Shown: positions 30,960 to 41,568, numbered from the stretch's first letter. The stretch is DNA of 64,000 nucleotides from Trueperaceae bacterium (GCA_965213705.1 OZ243913.1:3840001-3904000), one strand, 5' to 3'. Translations and numbers: made by a program. Notes: a model not told the origin generated them from the letters alone.

Positions 30960-31574
30960 CTACAGCTCTTTTAAGAACAGGGCGACGTCTTGGGGCGTCA
31001 GGTGTTCGGCCCTCGACCGCTCGGCCAAAATCACGCTGCGAAACGTGTCCGCCGCCCGCGAGAGCAGGTCGTTTACGACCACGTAGTCGAATTCGGTGAC
31101 CGCCTTGATTTCCTCCCGCGCTCGAGCCAGACGTTTTTGGACTTTTTCTTCGGAGTCCGTGCCGCGGCCCCGCAGACGGCGCTCCAACTCGACCAAGGTC
31201 GGCGGGGCGATAAAAATCATCACGGCGTCTGTCAGGCGTTCTTTGACCTTGCGCGCGCCGACGAGTTCGACCTCCAAGAGTACGTCGCGGCCTTGCTCGA
31301 GCGCGTCCAGCACAGGCTGCGCCGGGGTGCCGTAGTAGTCGCCCACGTAGTCGGCGTGTTCCAGCAACCCCTCGCTCGCCAACAAACCTTCGAAGTGCGC
31401 GCGGTCGTAGAAAAAATACTGTTTGCCGTGCGTCTCGCCGGGCCGTTTGGCGCGGGTCGTCGCCGAGATGGAGAAAAACAAGTTGTCGACGTCGGCCAGG
31501 GCCGCCTGCCGCAAGGTGTCCTTGCCGACGCCGGACGCGCCGGTCATTACGAACAAAATCCCTTTTCGGTTCAT
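30960..31574 (-). CDS. gmk: Guanylate kinase
   Basis: GASGVGKDT, SATTR..RPGE, YYGT. Confidence 0.96.
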   Translation of the reverse strand: MNRKGILFVMTGASGVGKDTLRQAALADVDNLFFSISATTRAKRPGETHGKQYFFYDRAHFEGLLASEGLLEHADYVGDYYGTPAQPVLDALEQGRDVLLEVELVGARKVKERLTDAVMIFIAPPTLVELERRLRGRGTDSEEKVQKRLARAREEIKAVTEFDYVVVNDLLSRAADTFRSVILAERSRAEHLTPQDVALFLKEL

Positions 31575-32006
31575 AACACTCGGTTCATAGGTGCAAAGCC
31601 TGTTCGGTTCATACACCCACTCGACGCCGGTTGTGCGCTGCCTCGGTACTCAAAACACAGTCCTTTCGCGCGGCTGCACCGCACTAGGAAACCATAACGG
31701 TAAGGGTGAGGGTTTGGCAAGCCCAACGGCAAGCAATGCAAACCCTTCACAAAGCCGCCAAACTTAGGGCCGCCACGAAAACGACGCCAATCTCGCTGAA
31801 GGATTGTCAAGTCGGCGGCCGAAGTCAAAAACAGCAGCAACCCCGCTGTTGAAAAGTTCTGTACCAAAATCCTCGAGCCCGAAACGGATTTTACGGTAAG
31901 CGCCCGCCTCCGCCAACCGGAGGGACGCTCGGCGCGGACCATCACCTACTGCCGAACGTGCCGAAAGCGAAGCGTGCTAGACTTAAACCCCGTAAAGGAA
32001 GTGGCT

Positions 32007-33692
32007 ATGGACACAAAGTACATCTTCGTTACGGGGGGGGTCGTGAGCAGCCTCGGCAAGGGCATCGCCACGTCGTCCGTGGGGGCGCTGCTCCGCGCTC
32101 GAGGCTACTCGGTCACCGCCGTCAAAATCGACCCTTACATCAACGTCGACGCGGGCACGATGCGCCCTTACGAACACGGCGAGGTCTTCGTCACCCAGGA
32201 CGGGGCCGAAACCGACCTCGACGTCGGCACCTACGAGCGCTTTTTGGACACCGACTTATCTCGCGAGAACAACGTCACCACCGGGCAAGTTTACTTATCC
32301 GTCATCGAAAAAGAGCGGCGCGGCGGATACCTGTCGCAGACCGTCCAGGTCATCCCGCACGTCACCGACGAAATCAAGCGGCGCATCTACGAAGCGGGCA
32401 GCCGCGTTCACGCCGAAATCGTGCTGGTCGAGGTCGGTGGCACGGTCGGCGACATCGAATCGTTACCGTTTTTGGAGGCCATCCGCCAAATCCGCTTCGA
32501 GGTCGGGCGGGACAACACGCTTTATATCCACATCACACTGCTGCCCTACCTGGGCACGTCCGAGGAGTTCAAGACGAAGCCGACCCAGCACTCGGTCGCC
32601 ACGCTGCGCGGCGTGGGCATCCAGCCCGACGGCATCGTCCTCCGTTCCAAAAGCCCGGTGCCCGACGAGGTGCGGCGCAAAATCGCGCTCTTCACCAACG
32701 TCGAGGCGGACGACGTGTTCAGCTCTTTTGATGCCGACTTCGTCTACGCCGTGCCCGAAATTTTGGAACAGCAGGGCATCGGGCGGTTTATCGAGCGCAG
32801 ACTAGGCTTAGAGAAAGTCACCCCCGAACTGCGCGCCTGGCAAGAGGCGGTGCGCGTGCTGCGGCAACCGGCCTTTACGGTGAGCATCGGCGTGGTCGGC
32901 AAGTACGTCGCCATGCCGGACGCTTATTTAAGTTTGATGGAGGCCCTGAAACACGCGGGCATCGCCAACGACGCGGCGGTGGTGCTCGAGTGGGTCAACG
33001 CCGAAGACATCGTTGCCAACGGCGAGGACGGCCTGGGCCTGCTGAACACCTTCGACGGTATTTTGGTGCCGGGTGGCTTCGGGGTGCGCGGCATCGAGGG
33101 CAAGGTCAGCGCCGCCCGCTACGCTCGAGAAGGCAACATTCCCTACCTCGGAATTTGTCTGGGGATGCAAGTCGCGGTCATCGAGTACGCGCGTAATGTA
33201 GCGGGCCTGGACGGATCCAACTCGACCGAGTTCGACCCCTACACGCCCCACCCGGTCATCGGCCTCATGCCCGAGCAGTTGGAAGTCGCGGGCTTGGGCG
33301 GCACCATGCGTTTGGGCGACTGGCCCATGCAGGTGCTGGAAGGCACGCTGCTCGAGCACATCTACGGCCTCAGCGCCAACGGCGACCACACCGTGCAGGA
33401 GCGACACCGTCACCGCTTCGAAGTCAACCCGGAGTACGTCGACGCGCTCAAAACGGCGGGCCTGGTCGTCTCCGGCGTCACGCCGGGCATGGCGGGGCGG
33501 GGCGAGGGTTTGGTCGAGGCCATCGAGTTGCCCCATCACCGCTTTTTCCTAGGCGTCCAGTCGCACCCCGAATTCAGCTCACGGCTCATGCGCCCGAGCC
33601 CGCCCTTCAAAGGTTTCATCGCGGCGGCGGTTGAGTACGCTCGAGCGCGAGCCGAACGCGTAGAACAGCCGAGTCTCGTTGTCAAGGATTGA
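32007..33692 (+). CDS. pyrG: CTP synthase
   Basis: TGGVVSSLGKG, KTKPTQHSV, GICLGMQ, HPEF. Confidence 0.98.
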   Translation: MDTKYIFVTGGVVSSLGKGIATSSVGALLRARGYSVTAVKIDPYINVDAGTMRPYEHGEVFVTQDGAETDLDVGTYERFLDTDLSRENNVTTGQVYLSVIEKERRGGYLSQTVQVIPHVTDEIKRRIYEAGSRVHAEIVLVEVGGTVGDIESLPFLEAIRQIRFEVGRDNTLYIHITLLPYLGTSEEFKTKPTQHSVATLRGVGIQPDGIVLRSKSPVPDEVRRKIALFTNVEADDVFSSFDADFVYAVPEILEQQGIGRFIERRLGLEKVTPELRAWQEAVRVLRQPAFTVSIGVVGKYVAMPDAYLSLMEALKHAGIANDAAVVLEWVNAEDIVANGEDGLGLLNTFDGILVPGGFGVRGIEGKVSAARYAREGNIPYLGICLGMQVAVIEYARNVAGLDGSNSTEFDPYTPHPVIGLMPEQLEVAGLGGTMRLGDWPMQVLEGTLLEHIYGLSANGDHTVQERHRHRFEVNPEYVDALKTAGLVVSGVTPGMAGRGEGLVEAIELPHHRFFLGVQSHPEFSSRLMRPSPPFKGFIAAAVEYARARAERVEQPSLVVKD

Positions 33693-34509
33693 GTTCGACA
33701 ATGTCGGCCACGGGTGTGTATACCCAGAGCCTAGTCCGCCCAACGTTCGGCCAAGGCCTGGACTGGGGCAACAACCGAGCCTCGGCCCCGTCCTTGTCCG
33801 TGACAAAAAGCTCATTGTCCACAAAGGTGTATTGGGGCGCACCGAAACCTGAGCTTTTATACCTGCAGGATGCCAGTTCAACCACGGCGTCTCTACTTTT
33901 GTCGCCGTCTTTCGGCAGGAGCGCGTACAGCGCAAGGTATTGGTCATTCACAGTTGAAGTGCCAAAACCATTGGATTCAACCAGAAATTTGTTGCCGTCC
34001 ACGAGCACGGTCGGGTAAGAACTGAAACCTCCCCCCTCTAAGGAGAGCAGGGCTTCGCCCGTATTTACGTCGAAGACAGCCGTTCCGTGGTCGCCGTTGA
34101 ACACCTCTACAAGATAAATACCTCGACGCAACGACTGAGCGTGCAGCGGCAATCCCATAAGTTTTGCCTCAACCGACGTCTGCGCCCGCAGGTTATAGAT
34201 GCGTAGTCCGAAGGGGTCGTTGACAAACACAAACAGGTAATCATCCGTACAAACAACGACCGTGTGTTCGTCGGGGTTGTAGCGGGCGGGTGGGTCGGCG
34301 AACATGAGCGTGGCGGGGACGGTACCGGGGTCGAGCGCGATGAGCACTGTGACGAGGTCGGCCAGGGTGACTTCTCGAGCCTGAGGAGAGTCCGCCACCT
34401 CTATGCCCCCAACGTCTGCAAAAAACGCTGCGCACGTCGTCGGGCCGGGCTGCGCCAGACTGACGAAAAAGGTCAGGAAAACAGCCAAAATCCAAACCCG
34501 TCGGGTCAT
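33682..34509 (-). CDS. Hypothetical secreted protein
   Basis: Signal-peptide-like MTRRVWILAVFLTFFVSLA; no family recognised. Confidence 0.65.
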   Translation of the reverse strand: MTRRVWILAVFLTFFVSLAQPGPTTCAAFFADVGGIEVADSPQAREVTLADLVTVLIALDPGTVPATLMFADPPARYNPDEHTVVVCTDDYLFVFVNDPFGLRIYNLRAQTSVEAKLMGLPLHAQSLRRGIYLVEVFNGDHGTAVFDVNTGEALLSLEGGGFSSYPTVLVDGNKFLVESNGFGTSTVNDQYLALYALLPKDGDKSRDAVVELASCRYKSSGFGAPQYTFVDNELFVTDKDGAEARLLPQSRPWPNVGRTRLWVYTPVADIVELNP

Positions 34510-34573
34510 GCCGACAGTAGAGCACAATCATAGGCCCCACTGCTTTACCTCGCCGGACGAACTCGGTTAGCCT

Positions 34574-35209
34574 GTGAACATGAACCGTAAACCGCTCGTC
34601 ATCGGGCTGGCCGGGGGCACGGGCTCGGGCAAGACGACGGTCGCCGAGGCCGTCATAAGTGCGGCCGGGGCCGACCAGGTCGTCATTCTGCCCCAAGACG
34701 CCTACTACCGCGCCCAGCACGACCTCCCCGCCGAGGTGCGCGCGCTGACGAACTACGACGAGCCGAGCGCCTTTGACACGGACTTGCTGGTCGAACACGT
34801 CGACGCGCTGGTGCGCGGCGAAGGCGTGGCGCGGCCCGTCTACGACTTTACCCGGGACGACCGCGCCGAAGCCACCGTGCCGCTGGACCCGGCCCCGGTG
34901 CTCGTAGTCGAGGGCATTTTGGTCCTGCACGAACCCGAACTGCGCAGCCGCATGACGCTCAAAGTGTTCGTGGACGCGCCGCCCGACGAGCGCTTTATCC
35001 GGCGCTTAGAGCGCGACGTGAAAGAACGCGGCCGCAGCGCCGAGAGCGTCATCAACCAGTACCGCCGCACGGTCAAACCCATGCACGACCTGTTCGTCGA
35101 ACCCACCAAGGCCCACGCCAACCTCATCTTCCCCGAAGGCGGCGAGAACCGCGTTGCGCTGGACGTGTTGAGCGCTTACATTGTCAACTTTGTCAAAAGC
35201 TATTCGTGA
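34574..35209 (+). CDS. udk: Uridine kinase
   Basis: GLAGGTGSGKTT, QDAYY, VEGIL, RRLERD..ERGR. Confidence 0.96.
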   Translation: MNMNRKPLVIGLAGGTGSGKTTVAEAVISAAGADQVVILPQDAYYRAQHDLPAEVRALTNYDEPSAFDTDLLVEHVDALVRGEGVARPVYDFTRDDRAEATVPLDPAPVLVVEGILVLHEPELRSRMTLKVFVDAPPDERFIRRLERDVKERGRSAESVINQYRRTVKPMHDLFVEPTKAHANLIFPEGGENRVALDVLSAYIVNFVKSYS

Positions 35210-35229
35210 CCTTGTGCAAAGCTTGGAAG

Positions 35230-35277
35230 AGGAAAGTACCGAGTACCTAGTGAAAAGTGGAAAGTAAAAGTCAAAAG
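35230..35277 (+). repeat. Heptamer tandem repeat
   Basis: TACCGAG TACCTAG TGAAAAG TGGAAAG ... TCAAAAG. Confidence 0.7.
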
Positions 35278-35398
35278 CTTTGACTTCCCTACTCAGACAG
35301 CCCCTAGCCCCACGCCCCGACCAAGGGTTAGACTACGAACTTATGTCCGCGGCCGACTCTTCGCAGCGGCTCAAACTGGAACGGTACGGGACAAAGCT

Positions 35399-37228
35399 AT
35401 GCGCTTAAAAACGGTTCTCTGGTTGCTCATCCTGCTGAGCCTCATCCCTGCCAGCGTCCTCGTCGTACGCCGCGTGCAGGCCGAAGGCGGGCGGCGCACG
35501 GTGACGATTTTGATGGACGAGGCCGCCTTGGACATTCAAGCGCAGTACCTGGGCGTGAGCAGTTTGGAGTTGGGGCGGCACTACCAGAGTTTGGGCCTGA
35601 ACGGCATCGCGCTTTACGAAGACACTTTGGAAAGCGCCGAGGCCAAGGGTAAACTTGCCGTGCTGCTCGCGTCCGAGGCGGAGGAGCTGGCGCTGGCTCG
35701 AGCCGAACCCCTGCCCGACCTGCCGCCCGACAGTTTGCTGGTGAGCGAGTTGGAGCCGGGGGCGCTTCGTGGGACCCTCGCCAAAAACGCACCCAACCCC
35801 GAACAGATGGTGTTTTTGGGCCGTCCCTGGTTCGTCTACCCCGGCCGCGCCGTCGAGGTGCGCCCCGCCGGGCCGGATAGGGTGTCTATAGAGGCTTGGG
35901 CGGCGGCAGGTTTCGACATCGCCTACCGCCCGCGCAACTTTCCGGGTCTACGCGGCGTCGGCGCGGACTTTCCGCCCGAGGCGCACTACCTTATCCACGC
36001 CGGTTTACAGGTGGCGGGCTACCCGAACAGCTTGACGGAACTCGTCGCCGCCTCGCAACCCTACCTCACCGGCGTCATCGAAGGCACCGAGCAGGACGGG
36101 ATGCCCCAAATCGTCCGCAAAGTTCCCACCGCGCGGCTGCTGAGCTTCAACCAAGACTACGTCAACCAGCGCCTGACGCCGCAAAGCCTGATTGACAAAT
36201 ACCTGCTCGCCGCCAACGAGCGCGGCGTGCGCATCTTTTACCTGCGGCCCTACACCGAAGAACAGCTCGGCGACATGTTCGCGAACACCGACCGGCTCGT
36301 TGAGGGTTTGGCGGCGCGGCTCGAGCAAGAGGGTTACACGATTGGCCCGCTCGAGACGCTCGACCTCAACTATCAAACCAACGCCCTGTTCCGAGGCTTG
36401 AGCGCGCTCGGCGTGCTGGCCGGACTTGTTTTGCTGGCCCTGCTCTACCCCGGCGTGTGGGGACTGCTCGTCGCGCTCGGCGTGCTCGGTTTGGGCGTCT
36501 TCGCCAACGGCTTCGACTGGGGCGCGCTGGCGCTCGCCGCCGCACTCACCTTTCCGGTCATCGGCTACGGTCACCTGAAAGAACGTTTGACGAGTCTGGG
36601 GCTGGCGACGCTCGTCAGCTTAGCGGGCGCGATACTGTTGTCGGCAGTCGGCAGCGACCGCGAGGCGATGCTGGCGATAAACCCGTTTGCAGGCGTCGCG
36701 GCGACGCTTGTCGTGCCACCCGTTTTGTTCTTGTTTCACTACGCGCTGCGCTACCGCCGTCCGGCGAGTTGGGTGCGGGACTTTTGGAACTACCCCATCC
36801 GCGTCGGCAACGTGGCGGTGGTGCTGCTCGGGCTGTTCGCGCTGGCGCTGGTCTTTTTGCGGCGTGGCAACTTTCCGCTCATCGGGGCGAGCGGCGGCGA
36901 GTTGGCGCTGCGCAGTTTGCTCTCGGACCTGTTCGTACGGCCTCGCTTCAAAGAGTTGTTGGGACATCCGCTGGCGGTGCTGGGGTTGACCGAGCGCGGT
37001 TTGCCGGCTTGGGTCACGGCGGCGCTGCTGACCGGCGGGGTGGTGGCGCAGGCGAGCATCTTAAACAGCTTCAGCCACTACCACACGCCGCTGCTCGTCT
37101 CCTTGCAGCGCACCGTCGTGGCGCTCGTGCTGGGCCTCGTCATCGGGCTGCTGCTCGTGCCGGTCGTCAAACTCACGCTTCGTCTGGGGCGGCGCTGGCT
37201 GGCGAGCGCGGACGTGACGAGTGGGTAG
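35399..37228 (+). CDS. DUF5693-like membrane protein (csaB-associated)
   Basis: ERGVRIFYLRP, RPRFKELLGHP, SILNSFSHYHTP; adjacent to csaB. Confidence 0.8.
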   Translation: MRLKTVLWLLILLSLIPASVLVVRRVQAEGGRRTVTILMDEAALDIQAQYLGVSSLELGRHYQSLGLNGIALYEDTLESAEAKGKLAVLLASEAEELALARAEPLPDLPPDSLLVSELEPGALRGTLAKNAPNPEQMVFLGRPWFVYPGRAVEVRPAGPDRVSIEAWAAAGFDIAYRPRNFPGLRGVGADFPPEAHYLIHAGLQVAGYPNSLTELVAASQPYLTGVIEGTEQDGMPQIVRKVPTARLLSFNQDYVNQRLTPQSLIDKYLLAANERGVRIFYLRPYTEEQLGDMFANTDRLVEGLAARLEQEGYTIGPLETLDLNYQTNALFRGLSALGVLAGLVLLALLYPGVWGLLVALGVLGLGVFANGFDWGALALAAALTFPVIGYGHLKERLTSLGLATLVSLAGAILLSAVGSDREAMLAINPFAGVAATLVVPPVLFLFHYALRYRRPASWVRDFWNYPIRVGNVAVVLLGLFALALVFLRRGNFPLIGASGGELALRSLLSDLFVRPRFKELLGHPLAVLGLTERGLPAWVTAALLTGGVVAQASILNSFSHYHTPLLVSLQRTVVALVLGLVIGLLLVPVVKLTLRLGRRWLASADVTSG

Positions 37229-37339
37229 GAGAAAGGAAGAAGGGGAAAGGAGAAAGGAGAAAGTAAAATCAGAAGCTTTCTCTCCTCTGCTCAAGTCTTC
37301 TGCTATTGAAGAAACGCACCTCGAGCCGCCCGCCCACTC

Positions 37340-38335
37340 ATGAAAGTCCTTGTCAGCGGCTACTACGGCTTCGGCAACCTGGGCGACGAGGCGCTGCTGA
37401 GCGGGCTGCTGGATATCCTGCGCTCGGCCGGGCACGAGGTCACCGTTTTGTCCCAAATCCCCGAGGCGACCGAACGGTTGCACGGGGTCAGGGCCGTGTC
37501 CCGACTGGCGGGCGCACCCGGCGCGCTGCTGCGCTGCGAGGCGTTCGTCTCCGGCGGCGGCGGGTTGCTGCAGGACAAAACGAGTTTCCGCAGCTTGCAG
37601 TATTACCTGGGACTTATAAGTTCGGCGAAACGGCTCGGCAAGCGCGTGGTGGTTTACGGCCAGTCGGTCGGCCCCCTGAGCGAACGGGGGCGGCGGGCCG
37701 TCGCTTCTACACTTCGCGGCGTCTCGGTCGCAGTGCGTGACAAGCCTTCGCAAAGGTTGCTCGAGTCCCTGAACCTCCCCTCCTACCTCTGCGCCGACGC
37801 GGCCCTGCTTCTCAAAGCGCCGCTCGAGCCGCCCACCTCTCGAAATGAAGCCGACACCGTCCTCCTCATCCCCCGCGCGGGCTACCCCGAAATCACCGAA
37901 GCGCTTGTCGAAACCGGGCGAGACCTCGGCGCTCGAGGCGTCAAGGTGGCGGCGGCGGCCGTGCAACCGAGTGAAGATGCGCCGGCTCTACAAGTTTTAC
38001 AAGAGGCTGTTCCAGGGCTTAAGCTGCTGCAAGCGGCGACGCCCGAGGGGTTGCTCGAGCACGTTGCCGACGCGAGCTACGTCGTCTCGGGGCGGCTGCA
38101 CGGCCTCGTGTTGGCGGCGGTGGCGGGGCGGGACTTTTGCGGAATAGTCTACGACCCCAAGGTAGCGGCCTTTTTGGACGAGGCGGGCGCGCCCGCTTTC
38201 ACGCTGCCGGTTGACAGGGCCGAACTGTTGCGCTGCGCCCTGGAAAAGCCAGCCCTACCCGCAGCACGTGTCGCCGACCTCAAAGCCAGGGCCGAGGCGG
38301 GCGCGGTTTATCTGTTGAATCAGCTCGGCCCCTGA
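37340..38335 (+). CDS. csaB: Polysaccharide pyruvyl transferase CsaB
   Basis: GYYGFGNLGDEA, GGGGLLQDKTS, QSVGPL, RLHG, YDPKV. Confidence 0.93.
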   Translation: MKVLVSGYYGFGNLGDEALLSGLLDILRSAGHEVTVLSQIPEATERLHGVRAVSRLAGAPGALLRCEAFVSGGGGLLQDKTSFRSLQYYLGLISSAKRLGKRVVVYGQSVGPLSERGRRAVASTLRGVSVAVRDKPSQRLLESLNLPSYLCADAALLLKAPLEPPTSRNEADTVLLIPRAGYPEITEALVETGRDLGARGVKVAAAAVQPSEDAPALQVLQEAVPGLKLLQAATPEGLLEHVADASYVVSGRLHGLVLAAVAGRDFCGIVYDPKVAAFLDEAGAPAFTLPVDRAELLRCALEKPALPAARVADLKARAEAGAVYLLNQLGP

Positions 38336-38429
38336 AGACTGCCCCCAAAGACTGGCCGTAAGAACCACCTATAAAAATTACCTGTAAAAACCACGCAGCG
38401 GGTTGGGACACGGTAAGCTGAGGCCGCCC

Positions 38430-39185
38430 ATGCCGCGCGTCGTCATCCTCCTCTGCTTGCTCTTGTCTTTCGGTTCGGCGCAGTCGACGTTGGACCGAAT
38501 GCTCAGCAACCTGAACGAAGGTTTCTATTCGGTCGCGGCGCAAGTGGACGGCCCCGCGCTCGTTCGGGAACGTCCCGCCGACCCCGAAGCCCACTACCTC
38601 TACAGCAACGCGCTCTACCTGACCGGCAACGTCGCAGCGGCCCGCACCGAACTGGACGCCGCGCTGGCCCTGGACCCGCCCGCCGACGACTACCGCTATA
38701 GCCTGCTGAACGGCCTGCTCCGCGCCGCGGAAGGCGACAGCGAAGGTGCCAGGCGCTTGCTCCGCAACACCTTTCTACGCGCCCAAACCTACGAGGTCGC
38801 GAGTGCCTGGGGCCGCGTCGCTTGGCAGAGAGGTGACTACGAAGAGGCACTGGAGGCGTACACCGCCGCCGCCGCTACCCCGGAGGGCCGGCGTGAAGTC
38901 TGGGCGCAACTCAATCGGGGCCGAATGCTCAAGGCGCTGGGCCGTTTTGAAGAAGCTGTTCAAGCCTTTAACCAGGCCATCCAAATTTTTGTCGACAACG
39001 ACCCCGGCGGCAACCGACTGCCCAACCCCGGCTACGTCGAGGCTTTTTTCCGGCTGGGTGAAATCTACGAAACCCAGGGCGACTTCAAACAGGCCGAAGC
39101 CCAGTACCGAGCCGCCCAAGGAGCCGACCCCAACTACGCCCCCGCCATCGCCGCGCTCGACCGTTTGGCCCGGAGCAGTCCCTGA
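38430..39185 (+). CDS. Secreted tetratricopeptide repeat protein
   Basis: Signal peptide followed by TPR-like helical repeats. Confidence 0.85.
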   Translation: MPRVVILLCLLLSFGSAQSTLDRMLSNLNEGFYSVAAQVDGPALVRERPADPEAHYLYSNALYLTGNVAAARTELDAALALDPPADDYRYSLLNGLLRAAEGDSEGARRLLRNTFLRAQTYEVASAWGRVAWQRGDYEEALEAYTAAAATPEGRREVWAQLNRGRMLKALGRFEEAVQAFNQAIQIFVDNDPGGNRLPNPGYVEAFFRLGEIYETQGDFKQAEAQYRAAQGADPNYAPAIAALDRLARSSP

Positions 39186-39266
39186 AGCACCGAGACAAAG
39201 TCGAAAGTGAAAAGTAGAGGTTTTTCCCGCTCGAGAAGGGTACCCAAGCCAAGTTACCAAAACGCA

Positions 39267-39296
39267 TTGACCCGCCCGGCTTGTGCCTGGTAAGCT
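39267..39296 (+). promoter_or_regulatory. Sigma70-type promoter of tRNA-Ser
   Basis: TTGACC-N18-TAAGCT with extended TG. Confidence 0.6.
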
Positions 39297-39315
39297 ACGC
39301 TCTCGCTCGAATCCC

Positions 39316-39407
39316 GGAGAGGTGTCCGAGCGGTTGAAGGAGCGCGCCTGGAAAGCGCGTATGTCGGGTAACCGGCATCAGGGGTTCGAATCCCCTTCTC
39401 TCCGCCA
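39316..39407 (+). tRNA. tRNA-Ser(GGA)
   Basis: GGAGAGG/TCTCTCC acceptor stem, CT-GGA-AA anticodon loop, long variable arm, GTTCGAATCC, encoded CCA. Confidence 0.96.
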
Positions 39408-39559
39408 GAAACGTAAAAAGTGGACTTCGGCTCTAAACCGGGGTCCATTTGATTTGTGCAGATACACCCACAGGCTTATTTCGGTTTCTGGAAGGAATAC
39501 TCGGGTCGGACTCCGAAGATGAAGGGCTCGAGCCTCAAAGTCCGTTCCACTCTTCGAGG

Positions 39560-39673
39560 CTAAGCTGGCGCTCGAGGGTTCCTACGATTTCCTCTGCCAC
39601 CCTCGAGCTTGTCATACACCGCCAGCGCCAAGGCTTGTTCGACGTAATCGCTCAAAATAAAACGAACTGCCAT
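39560..39673 (-). pseudogene. Truncated HicB-like antitoxin fragment
   Basis: MAVRFILSDYVEQALALAVYDKLEGG resembles HicB-family N-termini, then similarity is lost and a stop follows. Confidence 0.55.
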
Positions 39674-39847
39674 AGGTTGATTATAGACGATGAGGTGCCT
39701 TCTCGAGCCTTTCTTCAAAAAAGTTGTCTCTAAAATTCTGAGGGCTTTGGTAGACTCGAGTTCATTACAAAGTTAGAGACTTGAGGGCTGAGGTTCCTAA
39801 TCCGGTTTAAGGCATATTAGTAACCACCTCATGCTCGGAGAGTATAT

Positions 39848-40243
39848 CTAGATTTCACTAGACCAATAATTGGCAATTTCATCTGCTAGTTTTCGTGTCT
39901 CTGGCCCCATATACTTATGTGCAACTTTCAGTGCTTTTTCGTCGCCATCAATTCGCTCGCATACGGTAACAGTAACAACATTACGAATCTCTTTTTCGTC
40001 GCTAGACGCCAACTTTTCCAGAAAACTAAATATGCGAGCAAGCAGTTCAGGGTTGTCTTCATTTTGCAACCACACTATTAGCGACGGATTAAGGACTGTC
40101 CCGTAAATCAAGTGGTCTTTAAATGCCTCATTGGAATAAAAGCTTTTATTTTCGTCGTACTCGGCACGGAGTTCTGGAACCGCTTCTACTAACGCTTCCC
40201 CTAAGGTATCTGGCGTCATTTTCATCTTAAGCCTCCTCTCCAT
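39848..40243 (-). CDS. Hypothetical low-GC acidic helical protein
   Basis: GGAGAGGAGG RBS before the second ATG; AT-rich codon usage. Confidence 0.75.
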   Translation of the reverse strand: MERRLKMKMTPDTLGEALVEAVPELRAEYDENKSFYSNEAFKDHLIYGTVLNPSLIVWLQNEDNPELLARIFSFLEKLASSDEKEIRNVVTVTVCERIDGDEKALKVAHKYMGPETRKLADEIANYWSSEI

Positions 40244-40312
40244 ACATCTTAAGTGTCTCCACGAACGGCTCCAGCAAGAATTTCGACTCGCCGTCTGAAG
40301 TGGAGCCTGCCC

Positions 40313-40867
40313 TCACCCCTCACCAAGCTCGGCAAACGCCTCTTCCAACGCCGCGACCTCGATGAGCGCGTCGTCCAGGTCTTTCGCCAGGTAGGTGTCG
40401 GTGCTTAGGCGCGTGGCGTCGGTGAGGACCTGGTAGACCTTGCCGCGCAGGGTTTTCAGGGTGCCAACGAACTCGGTCAGTTCCGCCTCGACCTTGTTCG
40501 CCGCTGCGAGCGTTTGGGCGTGCTGCGCCTCACGCGGGGACAGCTCGAGCAAGTAAGCTGCCAGACTCGTCCCGTGACGGGCGCGCGGCAGGGCGCGCTC
40601 GACGAGCAGGTCGACCCGCTGCGCGAGGTCGCCAAGTTCCCGCTGCAAGGCGGCGGGTGCGCTGTCGGCCTGCCTGTGAACGTCTTGGGCGATGGCGACG
40701 GCCTCGCCCATCAGTTGCCGGTACGGTTGCGCCAACGCGCCTAAAGCCTGCGCGCTGACGGTCGTTTTGGACTGGCGGCGGCTCAGCCGAACGCCGCTGA
40801 CGATGCCCCACACGCCCAGCCCCAAAACGAGGAGCAGGACGAGGACGAGTTCGAGGGTCAGCGCCAC
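40313..40867 (-). CDS. Hypothetical membrane-anchored coiled-coil protein
   Basis: N-terminal TM, helical body; directly downstream of pspA. Confidence 0.8.
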   Translation of the reverse strand: MALTLELVLVLLLVLGLGVWGIVSGVRLSRRQSKTTVSAQALGALAQPYRQLMGEAVAIAQDVHRQADSAPAALQRELGDLAQRVDLLVERALPRARHGTSLAAYLLELSPREAQHAQTLAAANKVEAELTEFVGTLKTLRGKVYQVLTDATRLSTDTYLAKDLDDALIEVAALEEAFAELGEG

Positions 40868-40899
40868 GGGTTACTCACGGTAGGTTTAGGTAGCGACGT

Positions 40900-41568
40900 T
40901 CAAGCGCCGTCGGAGAGTTTGGCTTTGAGCGCGGCCAACTCGTCTTCGACGGCGCTGTCTTGCTCGAGCGCCGCGAACTCGTCGTCCAGGCTCAAACTTT
41001 GAGCCAACTCTTCTTCGGCGTTGACGCGGTCTTCCATCCCTTCGATTTTTTGCTCCATCCTGTCAAAGGCCTCGAACGCCTTGCGGGTGTCGGTTTTGGA
41101 CAGCGCGCCGCTCAGGGTTTGCTGCGCCTCGACGCGCTTTTGCCGGGCGATGAGGAGTTGGCGCTTGCGCTCGGCCTCGCCGATTTTGGCGTCTAAGGCG
41201 CGGAGTTGGGTCTTGAGCTTGTCGACCATCGCGGTGTGCGCGTCGAACTGACCTTTGAGACCTTCGGCAAGGTCGGCGCTGCCCTGCTTGCGTTTTAGGG
41301 CTTCGCGGGCGAGGTCGTCGCGGTCTTGTTTGAGGGCGGTTTCGGCCTTGACCAGCCAGTTTTCGGACTCACGCACGTTGCTTTGGTAGTCGCGCTCGAG
41401 CTTTTTACCCTCGGCGATGGCCTGCGCGACTTCCATGCGCGCTTCGTACTGCGCCTGACGCATGTCCATCAGCGTCTGGTTGATGATTTTTTCGGGGTCT
41501 TCGGCGCGGCTGAGCAGGTCATTCAGGTTCGCGCGTAAAATCGTGCCGATGCGGTCGATGATGCTCAT
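40900..41568 (-). CDS. pspA: PspA/IM30 family protein
   Basis: AEDPEK motif, long coiled coil, EDELAALKAK end. Confidence 0.93.
   Translation of the reverse strand: MSIIDRIGTILRANLNDLLSRAEDPEKIINQTLMDMRQAQYEARMEVAQAIAEGKKLERDYQSNVRESENWLVKAETALKQDRDDLAREALKRKQGSADLAEGLKGQFDAHTAMVDKLKTQLRALDAKIGEAERKRQLLIARQKRVEAQQTLSGALSKTDTRKAFEAFDRMEQKIEGMEDRVNAEEELAQSLSLDDEFAALEQDSAVEDELAALKAKLSDGA

Noticed and set aside
30750..32000. oriC next to rpmH-rnpA-yidC
   Set aside because: No dnaA and no DnaA-box cluster seen; gmk and pyrG follow instead.
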